A stretch of 63,941 nt of DNA, taken from the NCBI GenBank assembly GCA_013416795.1, contig RQSC01000808.1, forward strand, positions 12,626-76,566. The letters are read 5' to 3'. Each line of letters opens with the position of its first letter. Position 1 is the stretch's first letter. Source of the stretch: Prasinococcaceae sp. CCMP 1430 (lineage: Eukaryota > Plantae > Prasinodermophyta). A program made the position numbers and the translations under genes. The notes beneath the pieces are model-generated. The model had not been told where the DNA came from. It saw nothing but the letters and a program-made list of their open reading frames with translations, and searched no databases. This document shows positions 62,451-63,941 of the stretch, piece after piece.

Positions 62451-62458
62451 TTTCGCGC
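62451..62458 (+). promoter_or_regulatory. E2F-like site TTTCGCGC ~180 bp upstream of the SET gene
   Basis: Consensus match; chance occurrence is likely given the CG-repeat background. Confidence 0.25.
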
Positions 62459-62603
62459 GCGCGCGCGCCAGGGTGGTGATGGGGAGGCACCTGCAGCACT
62501 ACGGAGCAGCGGGCAGCGGTGGCGGGGCGTGGGCGGAGCGACGCGCGTCGACTTCGTTACCACGCGCGAGCCGCCGCCTGCCTGCGACGGCGGGCGCCGC
62601 GCC

Positions 62604-63941
62604 TCACGCCTCAGCCGGCTGCAGCGGCCGGAAGCTGCCCGAGCCCGCGTACGCAAGCATCCTGGCGTAGACGCCCACACGTGAGGCGTCGGTGTACCGG
62701 CGCCGCTCGCCGCCCACGCAGACGCCGCGGGCGAGCCACTCCTCGCGGGCGACCCACGCGTCGCCGCGCTCGCCGCGCTCGCTCGTGTAGCTGCCGCCCG
62801 AGTCGACGATCGCCAAGACGGCGCCGCCGCGCCACGCCATCTCGTCGGCGGGGTGCGTGAGCGGGAGCACCTCGGCGGCCTGCCTGAGCTTCCCCTCGCC
62901 TTCCCGGGCCAGCGCCTCGCGCACTGCAGCCTCCACCTCGCGCGCAGCGCCCTCGGTGTTCGCACCCCCACCCACCAGCAGCACCGAGCCCAGCAGCTTC
63001 TCGCGCGCGTCGGCGTTGGCGGACGCGGCCAGCACGCAGCGGGCGATGCTCTCCCCGACGCCCTCGCCCTCGCCCGCCTCGTCGCTGACACCACCCCCGT
63101 CGCAACGCGCGGCAGAGGGGCCGCCACCGCCGCTCACCCGTCGCCGCTTGGCGTCTCCGGGCGACGCGTCCGCCTCGCCCATGGCCGCCAGGTCGCTCGC
63201 GGAGGGCCTGCCGCTGCCGAGCGTGCGGCCCCGCCCCAGCGCCTCGGCCAGCGACGCCTCCACCCCCGCCCCGGCCGCGCCCGCCACGCCCGCNNNNNNN
63301 NNNNNNNNNNNNNNNNNNNNNNNNNNNNNNNNNNNNNNNNNNGCTCGGGGTCGAGCAGAGCGCGCGGCGGCAGCGCGCCGCACGCGCGCAGCTGCCACGC
63401 GAGCACCCGCGCGGCGTCCTCGGCGCCGCGGTGCGCCTCGGCGCGCGCGCCGCGCGCCGCGCTCGCGAGCCCCTCCTCCACGCACACGACGGTGCTCACG
63501 CCCGCGCCCAGGGAGCACACCACGCCGCTCGACACGCCCTGTGCCGCGCACACGCACGCGCCCTCGCAGTGCACGCACACGCGGGCGAAGCCCAGCTCGC
63601 GCACGCACACGTCCACGAGGTCGCGCGCGTCCGCAGCGGTGAGCGTTTCCGGCAGCACGAGGACGGCGGCGCGCGTCGAGCGCTGCGCGCGCGAGAGGCC
63701 CAGCGCGCGCGAGAGGGCGTGCTCCCACACGCGCGCCAGCGCGCCCAGCACGCCCAGCGCTTGGTCTCGTGCTTGAGGAACTCGGCGTGCTCGGCGTGCT
63801 CCGCCAGGGGGTGGGGCGGGTGGTGGGGCGCGCCGCGCTCGTGCTGGGGGCGCCCGCGGCCGTTGTGCGCGTGGTGGTGGTGCGCCTCAGCACCCCCCCG
63901 CTCGCGGGCGCCGAACATCTCGCGCGCGCCGCCGCCGCCCG
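62604..63941 (-). CDS. ARP9: Nuclear actin-related protein ARP9 (plant ARP8-type, INO80 complex); 5' end beyond the window, internal gap
   Basis: AVLVLPE..RELGF..CEG..AQG...GVVCSLGA..STVVCVEEG; SIA..REKLLGSVLLVGGG; AWRGGAVLAIVD..DAWVAREEW...GV.VG..RRY.D. Confidence 0.82.
   Translation of the reverse strand, partial: RAAAARARCSAPASGGVLRRTTTTRTTAAGAPSTSAARPTTRPTPWRSTPSTPSSSSTRPSAGRAGRAGARVGARPLARAGPLARAALDARRRPRAAGNAHRCGRARPRGRVRARAGLRPRVRALRGRVRVRGTGRVERRGVLPGRGREHRRVRGGGARERGARRARRGAPRRRGRRAGARVAAARVRRAAAARSARPRXXXXXXXXXXXXXXXXXAGVAGAAGAGVEASLAEALGRGRTLGSGRPSASDLAAMGEADASPGDAKRRRVSGGGGPSAARCDGGGVSDEAGEGEGVGESIARCVLAASANADAREKLLGSVLLVGGGANTEGAAREVEAAVREALAREGEGKLRQAAEVLPLTHPADEMAWRGGAVLAIVDSGGSYTSERGERGDAWVAREEWLARGVCVGGERRRYTDASRVGVYARMLAYAGSGSFRPLQPAEA
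63294..63342. other. Assembly gap (49 N) inside ARP9
   Basis: N-run; the reading frame shifts across it. Confidence 1.

Overview
Eukaryotic, very GC-rich, gene-dense genomic DNA with short GT-AG spliceosomal introns. It almost certainly comes from a green alga (Viridiplantae, prasinophyte-grade). Plant-type markers include ORC1 with a PHD finger, ABC1K1, ARP9, RUS/DUF647, telo-boxes and E2F sites; alongside these are a cGMP-dependent kinase and a ciliary microtubule-inner-protein homologue. About 30 protein-coding genes can be supported. No rRNA, intact tRNA, CRISPR array or autonomous transposon was found. The assembly is a gapped draft: five N-runs, two single-N joins that hide gene 5' ends, an apparently identical >=1044-bp duplication (1-1044 = 6041-7084), and a bacterial mosaic (DUF932 start + nitronate monooxygenase fragment) beside a gap. 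The most interesting biology: (i) a full three-domain CBP60/SARD1-like plant immunity transcription factor with a Cys/His-rich insertion; (ii) a Frizzled-type cysteine-rich domain protein with a GPI-like tail, whose duplication creates two potentially in-frame chimeric genes; (iii) a trio of bacterial-type genes with no intron apparent in their conserved cores (5-oxoprolinase, PPC/DUF296, GlpF-like MIP); (iv) a split-SET H3K9-type methyltransferase with an acidic 13-aa x7 repeat; (v) an extreme Tyr/Asp/Trp-rich type II membrane protein and a somatomedin-B/sulfotyrosine-like surface protein. Family assignments rest on recalled motifs; no database searches were run.
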